From positions 32,001 to 96,000 of IMG/VR virus record IMGVR_UViG_3300030106_005509: a stretch of DNA of 64,000 bases; one strand, given 5' to 3'. The notes beneath the pieces are model-generated. The model had not been told where the DNA came from and did not search any database. It worked only from the letters and a program-made list of their open reading frames with translations. A program made the position numbers and the translations under genes. Position 1 is the first letter of the stretch. Every line of letters begins with the position of its first letter. The DNA comes from a virus. Below are positions 19,246 through 31,500 of this stretch, in pieces.

Positions 19246-22200
19246 ATGCCAATAAATTCATCTTATGATAAAGAATATCTGTTTCAACAGACTTTTCTGG
19301 GTGCATCTATAAAAAGCTGGAACACAAGTATTGGGTTCAACAGTAACAGTACCACCATGAATATTATATTGGTAGAAGATCAATTTTTCTACAGGGGTGC
19401 TAACGCTGTAGATGAAGGATACCATATCTGGGATGAAGATGGCTTTCCAGATGGAGCAGACAAAAATTACACAGCAACCGGAGACAAATTTTTCGCACCT
19501 GTGACCGGTGAGCCTGCTTACTTCACATATTATAAATCATCTGTTCCTAGCTGTGGAGCTTGTTATGACACAAGCGTTGGAAAGAAAGACGACATTCTTT
19601 CTAACTATACAGAAAAAAGCGGAAACGAAAGCGAAGCTGATTGTAAAGCTGCTGGTTTTACTTGGATTAAACCGTCTAACTCAAAGAAGGCAAAGCAAAA
19701 AGAAAGAGGGATAATAACAGAAGTATTTGAGTTTAACGGAATAGTAAGCTCATATAAAAAATACAGTGGAACTGACGGTGTTAGATATGAAGTTATTTTA
19801 GAAGATCCAAGAAAGATGCTTGAAGGTTCTCAAGTTATTTTGGGTGGCTATGCAGGAACCACACCCCCTCCAGACAGATCTTTTGGAATGATAGATAAGT
19901 TTGACGATGGAGACTATTCTAATGTAAGAACTCTAAGCAATGGCTATATGGGTTATTACAACATAATAAACGCCTTTGGTTACTATGAGCATTTTAACTT
20001 TGGAACAGCTTTAACAAATGCAAATGGCTTCTTGTGGAGAAGAGCATTAGACGCATGTCAAAAAATATTGCAGGGAAAATATGATATAGTTGGAGGCGCG
20101 GACTTAGAGAGAATGGGTGGTCCTCTCTATTACATGAGAGATACAAGAAGCGCCCAACAAATAAAAGCCAGTGAACCTATTGATGTTCATAGGTATAAAG
20201 TTGATTTGTCAGAACTAGATAATCTCAGTGACACTAATGGCGGCTTGCTTCCTGACCTGTATAGATTGCAAGGACAAAAAGCCTCATTGCTATCAATAGT
20301 ACAAACTATATGTGAAACAGCAGGCGCTGACTTCTTTGTTAAGCTTGACAAAACTACAGCTAGAACTAAAAAAGATGATGATAGAGAATATTCCGGCGTT
20401 GTTAAAATTGTGCCGCTTCCTAAGAACGCTCCGATTGAATACGGAAAGATTAGAAAAGTAATAGAAGAAGCTCACACAGATGAAGCTTGTGGGGCGACTG
20501 CTACACACCCTTGGGCAAATAGAATATCCAGCGAAAGCATGGGTTATGAATTTAGAGACCCTCTCTGTGGCGTAATGATGCTTGGTGACAAAAGAACAAA
20601 AGTTGCTGGCGTTACCGCTATGGGTTGGTTTCCATCTATTAATGGGGGTATGATTCGTGAAAGATTTGCTGTTGGTTCTGACAAGCTAAAAGAAATGCTT
20701 CCTGCTGTAGAGCATGACGGAGTAACCTTTGCTAATCCCGGATGGTATCATCCATTCAATCTTCCATACACAAAAGGCTTAAGTGCAGATCAAGTTGGAT
20801 TAGGCGTTCTACCTCCCGCTGCAAATATACCTTACTCTCCAGCTCCTGCGTCAAATGATGACTATATTGCTTGGGGCAAAGCTTTAGTGCCGGACATGCA
20901 TACTGACACTGGTGCTGCAAATTTAGCAGGACCTTTAGCTCCGGGAACTAAAGCTTCATTTCAACCTTCAGGAGCTTGGGGTGATGGACTATTAGATATA
21001 TTTCCTTGTTGGGGTTTTCTAAAAGGCATTGACAGGATGCAAGGACCTTTTGCAAATATAAACTTGCTACAGTTAAAAGCTGAAGGTATTCCAATCAAAG
21101 GGGGATTTGCTGACGACAATGTTTACAATGATTATGATACTAATGAAGGAATATTTACTATATTTGAATACTATAATCCGTATTCTTCAGTTCCTATATT
21201 TGGAAAAAGTAAAACTATTACTTCTGTTGGTGGCGTTAGTCAGTTAGTAAAAAATCATTTAGTTTACAGTGTGTCAACGGCTCTAGAATTTAATGAAGAC
21301 CAAGCACTTAGGCGAGCTATGAGACAGCCAAAATGCTTTGTAGGCCCCGGAGGGATTGCAAACGCACCCTGTTGGCAAGACGACGTTTTACCCGGCTCAC
21401 CAATCCCTGTTGAATACCCTGTATGCAAATCAAATCCTTATCATGCAGCTTGCTACACCCACGGAAAACCGGGACCAACTTACAGATATAAGCTAATAAA
21501 TCAAAAGTGGGACAATAGAAGTACTATATATGTAAACCCAGATTGCGTTTGTAAAGAGAGAGATCTTATAAATGGAGATTGGGAACACAAGCATTGTCAT
21601 GCTGATTATACAGAAGACAAAAACGGAGTTAAAACGGCGCTTCCTAAAGACCAACAAACGACAGCTGGTGATTACTATAAGCTGGGAGGAAGTAATTCAA
21701 AGCTCGCTAGATTTTGTTTTGAAAATCCTGTTTACCAAGTTCCAAGAATCCAAGGCGGAAAAGCTATGGTTCAGGCAGTTAAAAATCCTGAAGTTTATAA
21801 AGGCTGGTTGAAATCTTGGGACTGGTACATACCTGCTGTAAATGTTATTCCCATTGATTTAGCAGGAACAGGTTGGACTGGAGGACCAATAGGATCAAAT
21901 GGAAACTACTCTCATTTCTACTACACTACAGTAACAGCTTTAAGGGCAGCTATAAAAGGTTACAAAGACTGGTTTGAATATACAACAATTTTTGAGCCTT
22001 GGCTTCATTGTAAATTTAATCTAGACAGCTGTCCGATGACCTTAGAGATGGATATTGAAAATCACAACAGAAATGATTTAAGTGGAGGTATACAAGCGGA
22101 ACTTTTTCAAGACCCAGAGACAGGTAAGGAAACAGCCGGAGACATAACATACGGAACAGGATATGTTGTCCATAGTTTCAATAGATGGCTTGGACAAAAC

Positions 22201-23661
22201 AGGACGGGAGTTCATAAAGATGCTAATGCCGGAACAGATGGCAGGTTTAAGGAAGTAGAGCTAAAAAACGAACAAGCCCAACCTTTTGGAATCCCGGTTC
22301 TTCAGGGTCATTCAATTCAACAAAATAGTTTACTTGACGAGGTATTTAAGAGAGTCAAGAGAGTTGCAGATGAGTTTTACGGCAAGAAGTACTTAGTGCC
22401 TTTACCCTTCACACCTAATGAAGTTGAGCAACACCTCAGACAAGTATCTGACGAAGCTTTTGAATTTGAAAGTTCTTGGGAGCCTACTTCTGAAGGAGGA
22501 TGGGTTGATGTTGATATATCAACTCCAGAAATAGGAAAAAGATACCCTCAAAATGCTAGCTTCTTTAGTCAAAATGGAAAGTTGCTTCCTTTTGCTGTGT
22601 TCCCAACACATCATATGCAAGTTATGAATAAAAAACTTACCTCTATTAAAGTGGATGGTAAACTTCCCTCCGCTGGAGATCCAAGAGAAATACATGTCAC
22701 CACTAACCATCCCGGAAATAGTTTAGGTGGGGGAAGCGTAGGAAAAACATACATAAAAACATCAGTAGATTCTCAAGTATACTGGCTTTGGAATCCTACA
22801 ACATATGCAATACAAACAGGAAGAGCTACAAGTGGAAGCTTAAAACCTTACGCTTTAATAACACTAAACAAACATGTAGATTGCGGCATATTTGATGTTG
22901 CTGCATATCCATCTATAGTTAGCAAAAGAGACTACATAGGTCTAGGTTATGCAACCAATTTTCAACCGCTTCTTACAGAACCTCAAGATGTGGTCAACAC
23001 AAACAGGACTATCATAAAATGGTCTGATTGGTTTCATGTCGGTGGTGAAAATCAAGACGATGGAAAAAATATGTTTGGATCTGATGCTAACCACCCGTAC
23101 AGTAAAAGTAAGGGGTGGGTAATTGGTGACTATGAAACTGAAGGCACAGGAAGATTTGGGTTGGCTCCTGCTAGGATGAAACCTTGGACAGCAGCTGTAC
23201 CTCTAAAAAGCAATAGATACAGATGGGGACCTTGGGCTGAGGGAAGAGGCTTTGGTAAAGCAGAACTAGAAATTGATAGTACCTTTGCTCCAGAGAATTT
23301 TGGTGGTTTTGATTTGATGGAACAAGCTGCAATCGCAAAATTGCAAGCGGCTGTAGAACCTGCTGGAGCTGCAAATGGTGTTGCTATCGAATCTGGTTCT
23401 GTAAGTTTAGCTGGACTTCCCACTATAGGAACAGATGTGAAAGAACCCACTATCACAGGCTTGCAGCTTTTTGACACAGGTCCTTATATATCAGATGTTT
23501 CTATAGACATAGGAGCAAACGGCGTAAGAACTACATACAATATGAAGACACAAAGAAAAGCACATAAGCTAAACGAAATATATGAAAATAGAATGAGGAA
23601 AAATGCTCAAGACTTTATGAAGCTTTCTCACGAAATAATACAAGGTTATAATCCAAGGTAA
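19246..23661 (+). CDS. putative tail tip or baseplate hub protein (1471 aa)
   Basis: N-terminal FLGASI..., FEFNGIV...YEVILEDPR, LLSIVQTICETAGADFFV; C-terminal ISDVSIDIGANGVRTTY. This pattern is typical of hub proteins and fits the position in the tail module. Confidence 0.55.
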   Translation: MPINSSYDKEYLFQQTFLGASIKSWNTSIGFNSNSTTMNIILVEDQFFYRGANAVDEGYHIWDEDGFPDGADKNYTATGDKFFAPVTGEPAYFTYYKSSVPSCGACYDTSVGKKDDILSNYTEKSGNESEADCKAAGFTWIKPSNSKKAKQKERGIITEVFEFNGIVSSYKKYSGTDGVRYEVILEDPRKMLEGSQVILGGYAGTTPPPDRSFGMIDKFDDGDYSNVRTLSNGYMGYYNIINAFGYYEHFNFGTALTNANGFLWRRALDACQKILQGKYDIVGGADLERMGGPLYYMRDTRSAQQIKASEPIDVHRYKVDLSELDNLSDTNGGLLPDLYRLQGQKASLLSIVQTICETAGADFFVKLDKTTARTKKDDDREYSGVVKIVPLPKNAPIEYGKIRKVIEEAHTDEACGATATHPWANRISSESMGYEFRDPLCGVMMLGDKRTKVAGVTAMGWFPSINGGMIRERFAVGSDKLKEMLPAVEHDGVTFANPGWYHPFNLPYTKGLSADQVGLGVLPPAANIPYSPAPASNDDYIAWGKALVPDMHTDTGAANLAGPLAPGTKASFQPSGAWGDGLLDIFPCWGFLKGIDRMQGPFANINLLQLKAEGIPIKGGFADDNVYNDYDTNEGIFTIFEYYNPYSSVPIFGKSKTITSVGGVSQLVKNHLVYSVSTALEFNEDQALRRAMRQPKCFVGPGGIANAPCWQDDVLPGSPIPVEYPVCKSNPYHAACYTHGKPGPTYRYKLINQKWDNRSTIYVNPDCVCKERDLINGDWEHKHCHADYTEDKNGVKTALPKDQQTTAGDYYKLGGSNSKLARFCFENPVYQVPRIQGGKAMVQAVKNPEVYKGWLKSWDWYIPAVNVIPIDLAGTGWTGGPIGSNGNYSHFYYTTVTALRAAIKGYKDWFEYTTIFEPWLHCKFNLDSCPMTLEMDIENHNRNDLSGGIQAELFQDPETGKETAGDITYGTGYVVHSFNRWLGQNRTGVHKDANAGTDGRFKEVELKNEQAQPFGIPVLQGHSIQQNSLLDEVFKRVKRVADEFYGKKYLVPLPFTPNEVEQHLRQVSDEAFEFESSWEPTSEGGWVDVDISTPEIGKRYPQNASFFSQNGKLLPFAVFPTHHMQVMNKKLTSIKVDGKLPSAGDPREIHVTTNHPGNSLGGGSVGKTYIKTSVDSQVYWLWNPTTYAIQTGRATSGSLKPYALITLNKHVDCGIFDVAAYPSIVSKRDYIGLGYATNFQPLLTEPQDVVNTNRTIIKWSDWFHVGGENQDDGKNMFGSDANHPYSKSKGWVIGDYETEGTGRFGLAPARMKPWTAAVPLKSNRYRWGPWAEGRGFGKAELEIDSTFAPENFGGFDLMEQAAIAKLQAAVEPAGAANGVAIESGSVSLAGLPTIGTDVKEPTITGLQLFDTGPYISDVSIDIGANGVRTTYNMKTQRKAHKLNEIYENRMRKNAQDFMKLSHEIIQGYNPR

Positions 23662-23665
23662 AAAC

Positions 23666-25498
23666 ATGAGTGCAGATTCAGATAGAGAAAGAAGAAGTCA
23701 AGAAGACAAGCAGACTGTAGAGAGTCAAGTTAAAGATATTCTGCAAAAGGGTCTTGAGGGTAAGCATCAAAATTATGGAGCGGCACTGTTCACCGGCTCG
23801 CTTACAGAAGCAGACGCTTCACCAGTTGCAGCAAAGAACAATGACGGAATTGACTTGATTCCTGTAGATGCTACCTTTCCAAACGGTTTTGCAACAAATA
23901 TGTCCTACGCTTCGGTGGGAACTACAGACACAAATTCTTACGTTAAAAAAATGCAAACCGGCAAACGCAATGCTGGTAGCGGTGGATTTACTGACAAGCA
24001 AACTTGGCAATCAACTGCGGCTATGAGTCAAGACGGGTTATTACTGCCTTTCTCAACAACTTTCGTTCAGAGAAACCCAGCAGGTATTCTAGCGGAGCTT
24101 GCTAAGCCTGAACAAGAAGGAAGACCAAGCACTATAGACGGAAGACTTCCTCCCTATGAGTTTCCTACGACGTTAATAGACGGTGGAGATATAACTAACG
24201 GGGTGGTAACATCTTTAACTTTGAATCCTTTTGCTCAAGGTCATAGTATAACAAAAGTTAACAGAGGTGAAACACCCGGAAACATAGATGTTAGAAATGC
24301 TTCTGGTGGTGGCGGTAGTGAATTACCACTAGGTCAAGGTCAGAGTTTTCCTAAAAATGCTTCTAGACCAATGTCACTTAGAGGTCCTTTAGTTTTAACT
24401 GGTTGGGGATACGATACGGAAGGCAAACCAACACCTAACTTCAAAAAAGAAGCAGGCCAAAGAGATGCTACGCCTAGATCTCCCACTTTTGGTAAAGCTA
24501 TAGTACCCGGTTTTTTAGATAAACCTAAACAAGACAAACACTTTCTAACAGGTCATATGGCAACAATAGACCGTTGGAAAACAGGTCCTGTAGATCTTAG
24601 GTGGGACAGAACTAGAAAAGTATGGGTATCTCCCGGAACAAATAAAGTTTATCTATGTAAAGCTACTAGATGTATTTTGCCTACATCTGGACCTGATGGT
24701 CTTAATTCATTTAATTTTGGTGTAAATAATGTAGTAGGTGGTCTTAGACAGTATGGAAATCCATGTCCTAATAAAGCATGTAGGTATGATACATACTTCC
24801 CAAAAAGTGAACAGTATCCTGATATTGAAATATATGACCCTGAAGACAAGCAGTGGTGTGGTAACTGTCAAGTAAAAGATACGGTCAATGGTCCTCGTGT
24901 TCATTGTGAGGATCCTAGCACGGGGTGTGTGCCTTTTTATGATGCTGTTGTTATTAGGTCAATGGCTCACATAACATCTGGAAAAAATGTAAAGTCAGAT
25001 TGTGGGGATAAATTCAAAAGAACGCAATCTTCCGATCCTTACAGTAAAAGAATGGGCAATCCATGTCATGGATGGGGTTCTAGCTATGATGGCAAGTTGC
25101 AATATCTAGCAGATAAAGTTGTTGGACCAAATAAAGAATATCAAGAAGAAGCTTACGACATTTTATACGAAAGAATTCTAATAGAGAATCCTTTAAGTCA
25201 AGGACTTATGCTTGGAGACTCATTCCTGAGTTATGATACAGGTAGAAGAATAACACTCACATACACAAGAACTGATGGAGATGGTTGTGGAAAGGGTGGA
25301 AACCCAGTAACTGTGACGGAGAGTTTGCCTGTGCATGTTATACTACAAGCTGAGTTTGTCGGTGTAGAATTAGTCACAGACGCTCACTGTGAAGCTGGCG
25401 AGATGGGTGCTTGTACAAGAAAGATCATGGCTCAAGGTATGGTAACTTCTAAGGACTGTGGTCCTGATGAAGACTTACCTGCGAGTACAGTTAGTTAA
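23666..25498 (+). CDS. putative tail-associated protein with Cys-rich C-terminal half
   Basis: 610 aa, in the same operon; LRGPLVLTGWGYDTEGKP and WKTGPVDLRWD motifs; many Cys after about residue 330. Confidence 0.55.
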   Translation: MSADSDRERRSQEDKQTVESQVKDILQKGLEGKHQNYGAALFTGSLTEADASPVAAKNNDGIDLIPVDATFPNGFATNMSYASVGTTDTNSYVKKMQTGKRNAGSGGFTDKQTWQSTAAMSQDGLLLPFSTTFVQRNPAGILAELAKPEQEGRPSTIDGRLPPYEFPTTLIDGGDITNGVVTSLTLNPFAQGHSITKVNRGETPGNIDVRNASGGGGSELPLGQGQSFPKNASRPMSLRGPLVLTGWGYDTEGKPTPNFKKEAGQRDATPRSPTFGKAIVPGFLDKPKQDKHFLTGHMATIDRWKTGPVDLRWDRTRKVWVSPGTNKVYLCKATRCILPTSGPDGLNSFNFGVNNVVGGLRQYGNPCPNKACRYDTYFPKSEQYPDIEIYDPEDKQWCGNCQVKDTVNGPRVHCEDPSTGCVPFYDAVVIRSMAHITSGKNVKSDCGDKFKRTQSSDPYSKRMGNPCHGWGSSYDGKLQYLADKVVGPNKEYQEEAYDILYERILIENPLSQGLMLGDSFLSYDTGRRITLTYTRTDGDGCGKGGNPVTVTESLPVHVILQAEFVGVELVTDAHCEAGEMGACTRKIMAQGMVTSKDCGPDEDLPASTVS

Positions 25499-25508
25499 AG
25501 GTAAATAG

Positions 25509-28500
25509 ATGGGGATTGGGGACAATTTTGACACATCTAATATTGGACTAAGGAACGCTAGAACCGGCAGGAAATCTGGCCATGGACACTCATGGATGGA
25601 CGATAATGGCGGTCATCCTTGTAATATAGGTTGTGGATGTAAAGAAGTTTTCTACGGCGCTGAAGGCAATTGCTCTTTGCCTCCTGAGATTAGAGTCTCT
25701 ATTCTACAAGTCCCTTCTTACTGTTCAGATAATAATACTGATCCAGAAACCACAAACAATGTTACTACTGTTTTTGGTGAGTCTGCTACTGCTGATAAGA
25801 CCGCAACACAATGCGAAGCTAATAATGGCGTGTGCAAAAAAGATGGAGCTGAAATCTTTCAGTTCAACAGAGAAGGCACAATAATAGAAATAGTTGATAA
25901 GTACACCTGTGAGGACCCTGTCGCCGGAGGTACTTGGGAGACTAGCGGTACATTTCATAAAACAAGCAGAACGGTAGCAAGAGCAAAACAAGAATCTGCG
26001 GACTCTTTCTTACTCAGGTATAAGAACGGAGCATGGAGAGGAAGAAGAGCTTGTAGACAAACTCCAGACCCCTATCTAAATGATAGTGGCAGTTCGTACA
26101 GAATGTTTGGCAAAGAAGGTCATATTTATGATCCTGTAGGTGGAGCAACACCCGGAGCTAGGTTTGGGCGCACTAGTCGTGGTAAAGGCACTGTACCTAG
26201 AATTGATAGTATGCTTGGGGAAGCTCCACGAGAAGCAAAGTTTGGAACGCACTCTTTAAGAAGCTTCCTTATAGAATGGCTTCCTAACGATGTTCCATAC
26301 GGCACGGCTGAACCCGTACACATCCAGAAGATGAAAAACATAATCTTGATGGGTTCTGAAGAGACAGATACAGATATCATGGACAAACTTGGTGCGTCTT
26401 TTGATGAAATTGACGTTCCAGACGAAGACCCTATCAATAAAGTGACAGCCAAAGCCGGTAAATTAACTAAAGTAATAGCAACCGCTAATCCTTTCCTCGA
26501 AAATTACAAAGAAGCCATAGCTGTTTTGCACGAATCTAATGATTCTTATGATGAAAATCTGGGATGTTTGCAAAACGGCGAAAGATTTCATATACCACAC
26601 GCTTGTGCTAGACTGCTTCCAAATGGCGACATGGAAATGGCCTCTAAGAGATATCAAGTTTGTTACAAAGAGGTATGTACTGGAGCAAATGAAACCAGTA
26701 AATTAGCCTGTGAGGGAAAAGGTGGCGCTTGGGACATTCAATTCATTAGCGATTCTGAACCAACAGCAGGTCATGAAACGTCTTGCGAAGCTAGTGGAGG
26801 TAAAACATTTACAGGATTAAAGTATTTAGATGAATCTGAATGTGCTGAAGAAGCAAAATGTTTGACTGAAGATGATGACGAGGAATCTTCTACATTCGGT
26901 GAATTAATAGACGCTGAAGACGATGATGGAAATGTAATAACTGATAAATATGAGTGTTTAGCCAGAAGTATTGGAAATACTTATAAAGAGTTAGATCCAG
27001 CTGATATTCCATCTGTTGGCGACTTTGGGGGAACTGTAGAGCCTATAAATCACTGGACTCATGAGTGGCAAGAGTTGCACACTGATGACGCAGCAGCCAT
27101 AACTAACAAGCTTGACTTAATTATTGGAAGCTCCTATTCTGCGGGGAATGCTTGCTGTGATGGTCATATTGATAGAAAATCTCCGGGTTGGCATAACAGT
27201 ATAAGAAATGCTAACCAGTATGGATCTAGAGCCGCTGAAGTTCAAAATACCTGCACGGGAGAATATGAAGAAGTAACACTTATACCGGGAAGACCTAGCG
27301 GTAGTGTAGTAGATCTTTTAGGAGGAACTGGAGGAGGTCCTTCGTTCCACTCATCCCAAAGAGCTGACCAAGCTCAGTATGACGATATATCTATGGGTGG
27401 ATTTACTTTAGTCCACAAGCCTTGCACTTTTTACGGTAACTGTTTTGCTGAAGGAGCGGAAGATGCTGGTGTTGGTCAGGTAACTGTGCTAAGAATACCT
27501 ATGGATCAGATAATGAACTGCTCCAATTTAAGGCTAACAGATGCTCAAGACAAAACGTTTGGATGGAAAGAGCAGTTTGGTTGGTGGGGAAATCCAGCAG
27601 GCTTCTATCCCGGAGATCCTCAAGAAGAAAAAGACATACCATTTACCGGCAGACACCTTAATTACTGCCATACAAGAGGTGGAATGGGTGACGGCAATGA
27701 CGACGGAATTGCTGATTGGACTTCTATAGGTAAGCAAACCCATAGTTTTTACGGCAATGCTGGAGGTGAACATTGGGACACTCATGGAAATACAAACTTT
27801 AATTTTGGAAGTTGCGCAATAGCTCTATACTGGGAAAACCAGATGGGGTTAGTGCCTCACAATTCAAGATCCTTCCACAAACCCGGCGATTGGGCATTAA
27901 GAAAACTAAACCTTCAACCTCAACCCTTCAAGGCTACAGAAGCTAAGCAAAACTCTTATAAAAGTTTGAGAGAAGCTCAGAGAGATAAAAACCTCTTTGA
28001 CCTTTGGTTAAATAGTTTCTTTCTAGGGGGCGATATTGATCAAGTCCTTGTTTCAGGAATACTAGGAGGTCAGCGATTACACTGGCACAGTCTTGCTTAT
28101 TGGTTCGAGCATGATTGGATTGCCTACGACCTATTTCGAGATGCACAAGGTAAAATCCGCGTAGGGGATCTAAAGGTTCACTTTAAACGTATAGGTGACG
28201 AATTAAAACGAGCAAACGCCGGTAAAATGGGAAGGTTTGACCATGGCGGTATGGGTTCGACGGGAGGCCCAAGACAATATCCAATATGGAATATATTTGA
28301 TCACCCAAGAAAAAGAACCGATGGATGGTTGGAAGATGGTGAGTATCCAGACGACCATTGGGAAAAAGATAACGGCTTTAAAGAAGGTTATACTTGGCAC
28401 TTAATAACACACGCCAAGACTATACTAGGCCCTCACGCGTCCATGATGGCTGATGTTTATCACAATAGAAAAGAAAAAGGAAAAATACATGACAGTTTAG

Positions 28501-31500
28501 ACTACTGGGGAAGAACTGGGCTTTATCCAACAGCCGATGAACCAAGCTACGTAGTCAATACCTGTTTAGGAGCTGGTCCCGGAGAAAAGATAATAGAAGC
28601 CGCTTCAAACACCACGCCAATTGTTGTAAGAAGCACTGGTCATAGCCTTAAAGATGGAGACCATATACAAGTTAAAGAAGTTTCTGGGAATTTGTCTGCC
28701 AATGTAATGACTCTTAGAGAGTTTATGGAGGAACAGTGGGGTAAAAAACTAGCCGCAAAGTGCAAAGCGGAAACCTGTGATGATCCTTATTATCCATTTG
28801 CTGTATGTCCTTGTAATGGGTCAAAATCTTATAAAGATGATTCTGGTGTAGATCATTGCAGTGGGGTGATAATAGATGGCGAAGATCCTCTTCCAGCAGA
28901 CTTTTTTGTAGTAAAAGTCATTAATTCTGATGAATTTGCTTTATACACATGTGATGGATTTCCTGTAGATGGAAGAGTAAACACTTTAATTGGCGCAGAC
29001 TTTGCAAAATGCGAATCTTCAAACCCAGATCTATTTCCTAGATTATGTGCTTCAACTTTTTCTTCTGCTCATGAAGTTCCTACAACTAATTCCACTGTAA
29101 CCTTGAATAACGGTAAGTATGAAGTCGTCAGTGCAGCAGAAACAAAGTTTGAAAATGAATCAACCTGTCAGTCATATGGAAACTGTCTTCTTTTCAATCC
29201 GCCTTATGGAACTGGAACAACCCTTACAGAATCTGAATGTAGCTTATTAGCTAGTCAATATGATCACATTGATGTCGATGTTAAAGATGGCGCAGTCACC
29301 TATAAATACTACGAGTTAACCGGCGGTGCAGGACCAGCCTGTGGAAATGAGTGTTTTGAACCTTTACAATGGATAACTGAAAAAAATCTAGAAGCCATGC
29401 AGGGTAAGGGTACAGATCCAGAAGAGGGAGGATTGTCTAACTATCCATACTGCCCATTCACCGGCTATTGGCGTCAAAGTGATATAGTAGACCCGTATAT
29501 GGGACCGCCTAAAAATGATTACAGAATAGGCTGGAAAGAATTCTATAAAAAAGATACATCAAAAGCTGAAGACTATTATGTATGGATGGATCAAGAAGAG
29601 ACATGCCCTGTCTGCTGTGATCATTTCATGCCTAAAAAATTAAAAGCAACAGTAGCTGGTCATGCAGCTCACGGCGCTAGTACCATGCTAAACAGCTTGA
29701 TGTTAATAGGTAGTGTTACTACGACAATGCATGATCCTGATTCTGATGTCTGTATGGAAAGACCTAGTGGGAGTAACGGCGGATGGTCAGAAAGCTCAGA
29801 TATTAAAGATGGAATGTCTGGTGTCCCAGCAGAAGAAAGTTGGCAAGACCAATGTAATAGTGATGATGAGACTGAAAGAGAATTAGTAAAAGGCAAAAAA
29901 CAACAAGAAGTTCCTTGCGGTATTAATAAATGCACAGGTGAATTCCATCCTCATGTCATAAATTACTGGGGACTGCCTGTAGGTGGAGAGTTCTGTTGTG
30001 ATTGTGGAACTTATAACACAGAGCCTTTGAATTGGGGTCCTAACAATAAGCCTGCTGGTCCGGGACATCATAAGTGTTTTAAGTGCAGTAATGCTATAAG
30101 ATTTAATGACAACTGGACAGGTCTCGGAGGCCACATATCACATCCAGACAGTTCTGTGTGGGAGTGGGCAACTTCAGGCGCTTTGGTAGATAAAAACCGC
30201 GCTCTATGCTGTGAAGCTGAATGTAATCCGGGAGCAGGAGCTGGAACTTACCCAACTGCTCAAATGGTCATGGATGCTGCTCCTGATGGATGCAATCATA
30301 CAATAGGAAGCCTTACATGTAAGACTATGGATGTTGGCGGTGGCGGCGGAGAGGGCGGCGACGATGGAGAAGGCGAAGGCGGCGATGATGGTGGCGACGG
30401 TGGCGACGGTGGCGACGGTGGTGGCGGTGGTGACGATCCCGGTGATGCCGATGGCGGTGATGATAGCGGCGGTAGCACTTACGAAATGTGCATTTGCGGT
30501 GAAGACACTGGAGAAGCAAGTCAAGAAGGGATACCATGTTTCGGTTTCCCAAATGGAAGACCGATGAAATGCGAGCCTCCTGAAATTACAGGCTACCAAA
30601 TGGCGGGATGTCCATCAGGCAAAGGAGAAGTACATAGCAACGCAGAAGCACAGGGAGATGGATGTGGAGATCCAAACGTCTTTGCAATGCCAACAACTGA
30701 GTGTTATGATTTCGTACCTCGTCAAGGAATAGGCTACACAGGAGGTGATTATGATATCAAAGATGGTTGTTCAGGTCTTAGCTCAACGACAATCGACCTG
30801 AATTACAATGGCTCTCACTGGGTTTCTAACTGGGAACCCATGATGGGGGATTCTCCCTCTACTAGAAAATTAGGTAGCGGCAAAACACACACCGAATTTG
30901 TTGGGGGAATGTCTTGCAATCACTATCCAAATGTTGGCGCTCAATCAATATGTGCTGCTGGATATCCCGGATGTGTGGCTTATGACAAAGATACGTGTAA
31001 GGTTTGTGGCGGTAAATGGTTAAATCCAGAACCATTCCGATTAGCAGAGTCTACAGGTGGCGATTCAGATTTACCTATGGATGGAAATTGCGGCCAATGC
31101 GCAACAAGAAGCTTTACCGGCTATATAAAAGGTAGCAATTTAGGCCCTCCAGTTCCAACTCCATCAAAAGACGCTTTCCTAATGAGATTCCGTCTTGGGT
31201 GTGGAGGAAACTTCCAGCAATACTATGGCTCGGATGTGTTAAAAAATGGTGATTACTATCAAAACAACCAACTTAACATGTACATTGAAGTCAGTTCGTG
31301 TAAGTATAATTCCTGCAACAAACTAGCAGCCTTCAACGCCTTCAGACCTCCATGCCCTAACTCTTTAATAATAAACGACCCTAAAAATTCTGGCGGGCTG
31401 ACCGTCGATAGGGATGGAAAAATAGAGGACACTATATCAAGAACGATATCTGGAGGTAGTGGAGGAGATTTCAAATTAGCTGTCAATGGAGGAGATCCAT

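Noticed and set aside
30204-30599. His/Arg-rich, Pro/Ser-rich and VAT-repeat ORFs
   Set aside because: These are alternative-frame readings of the Gly/Asp repeat tract.
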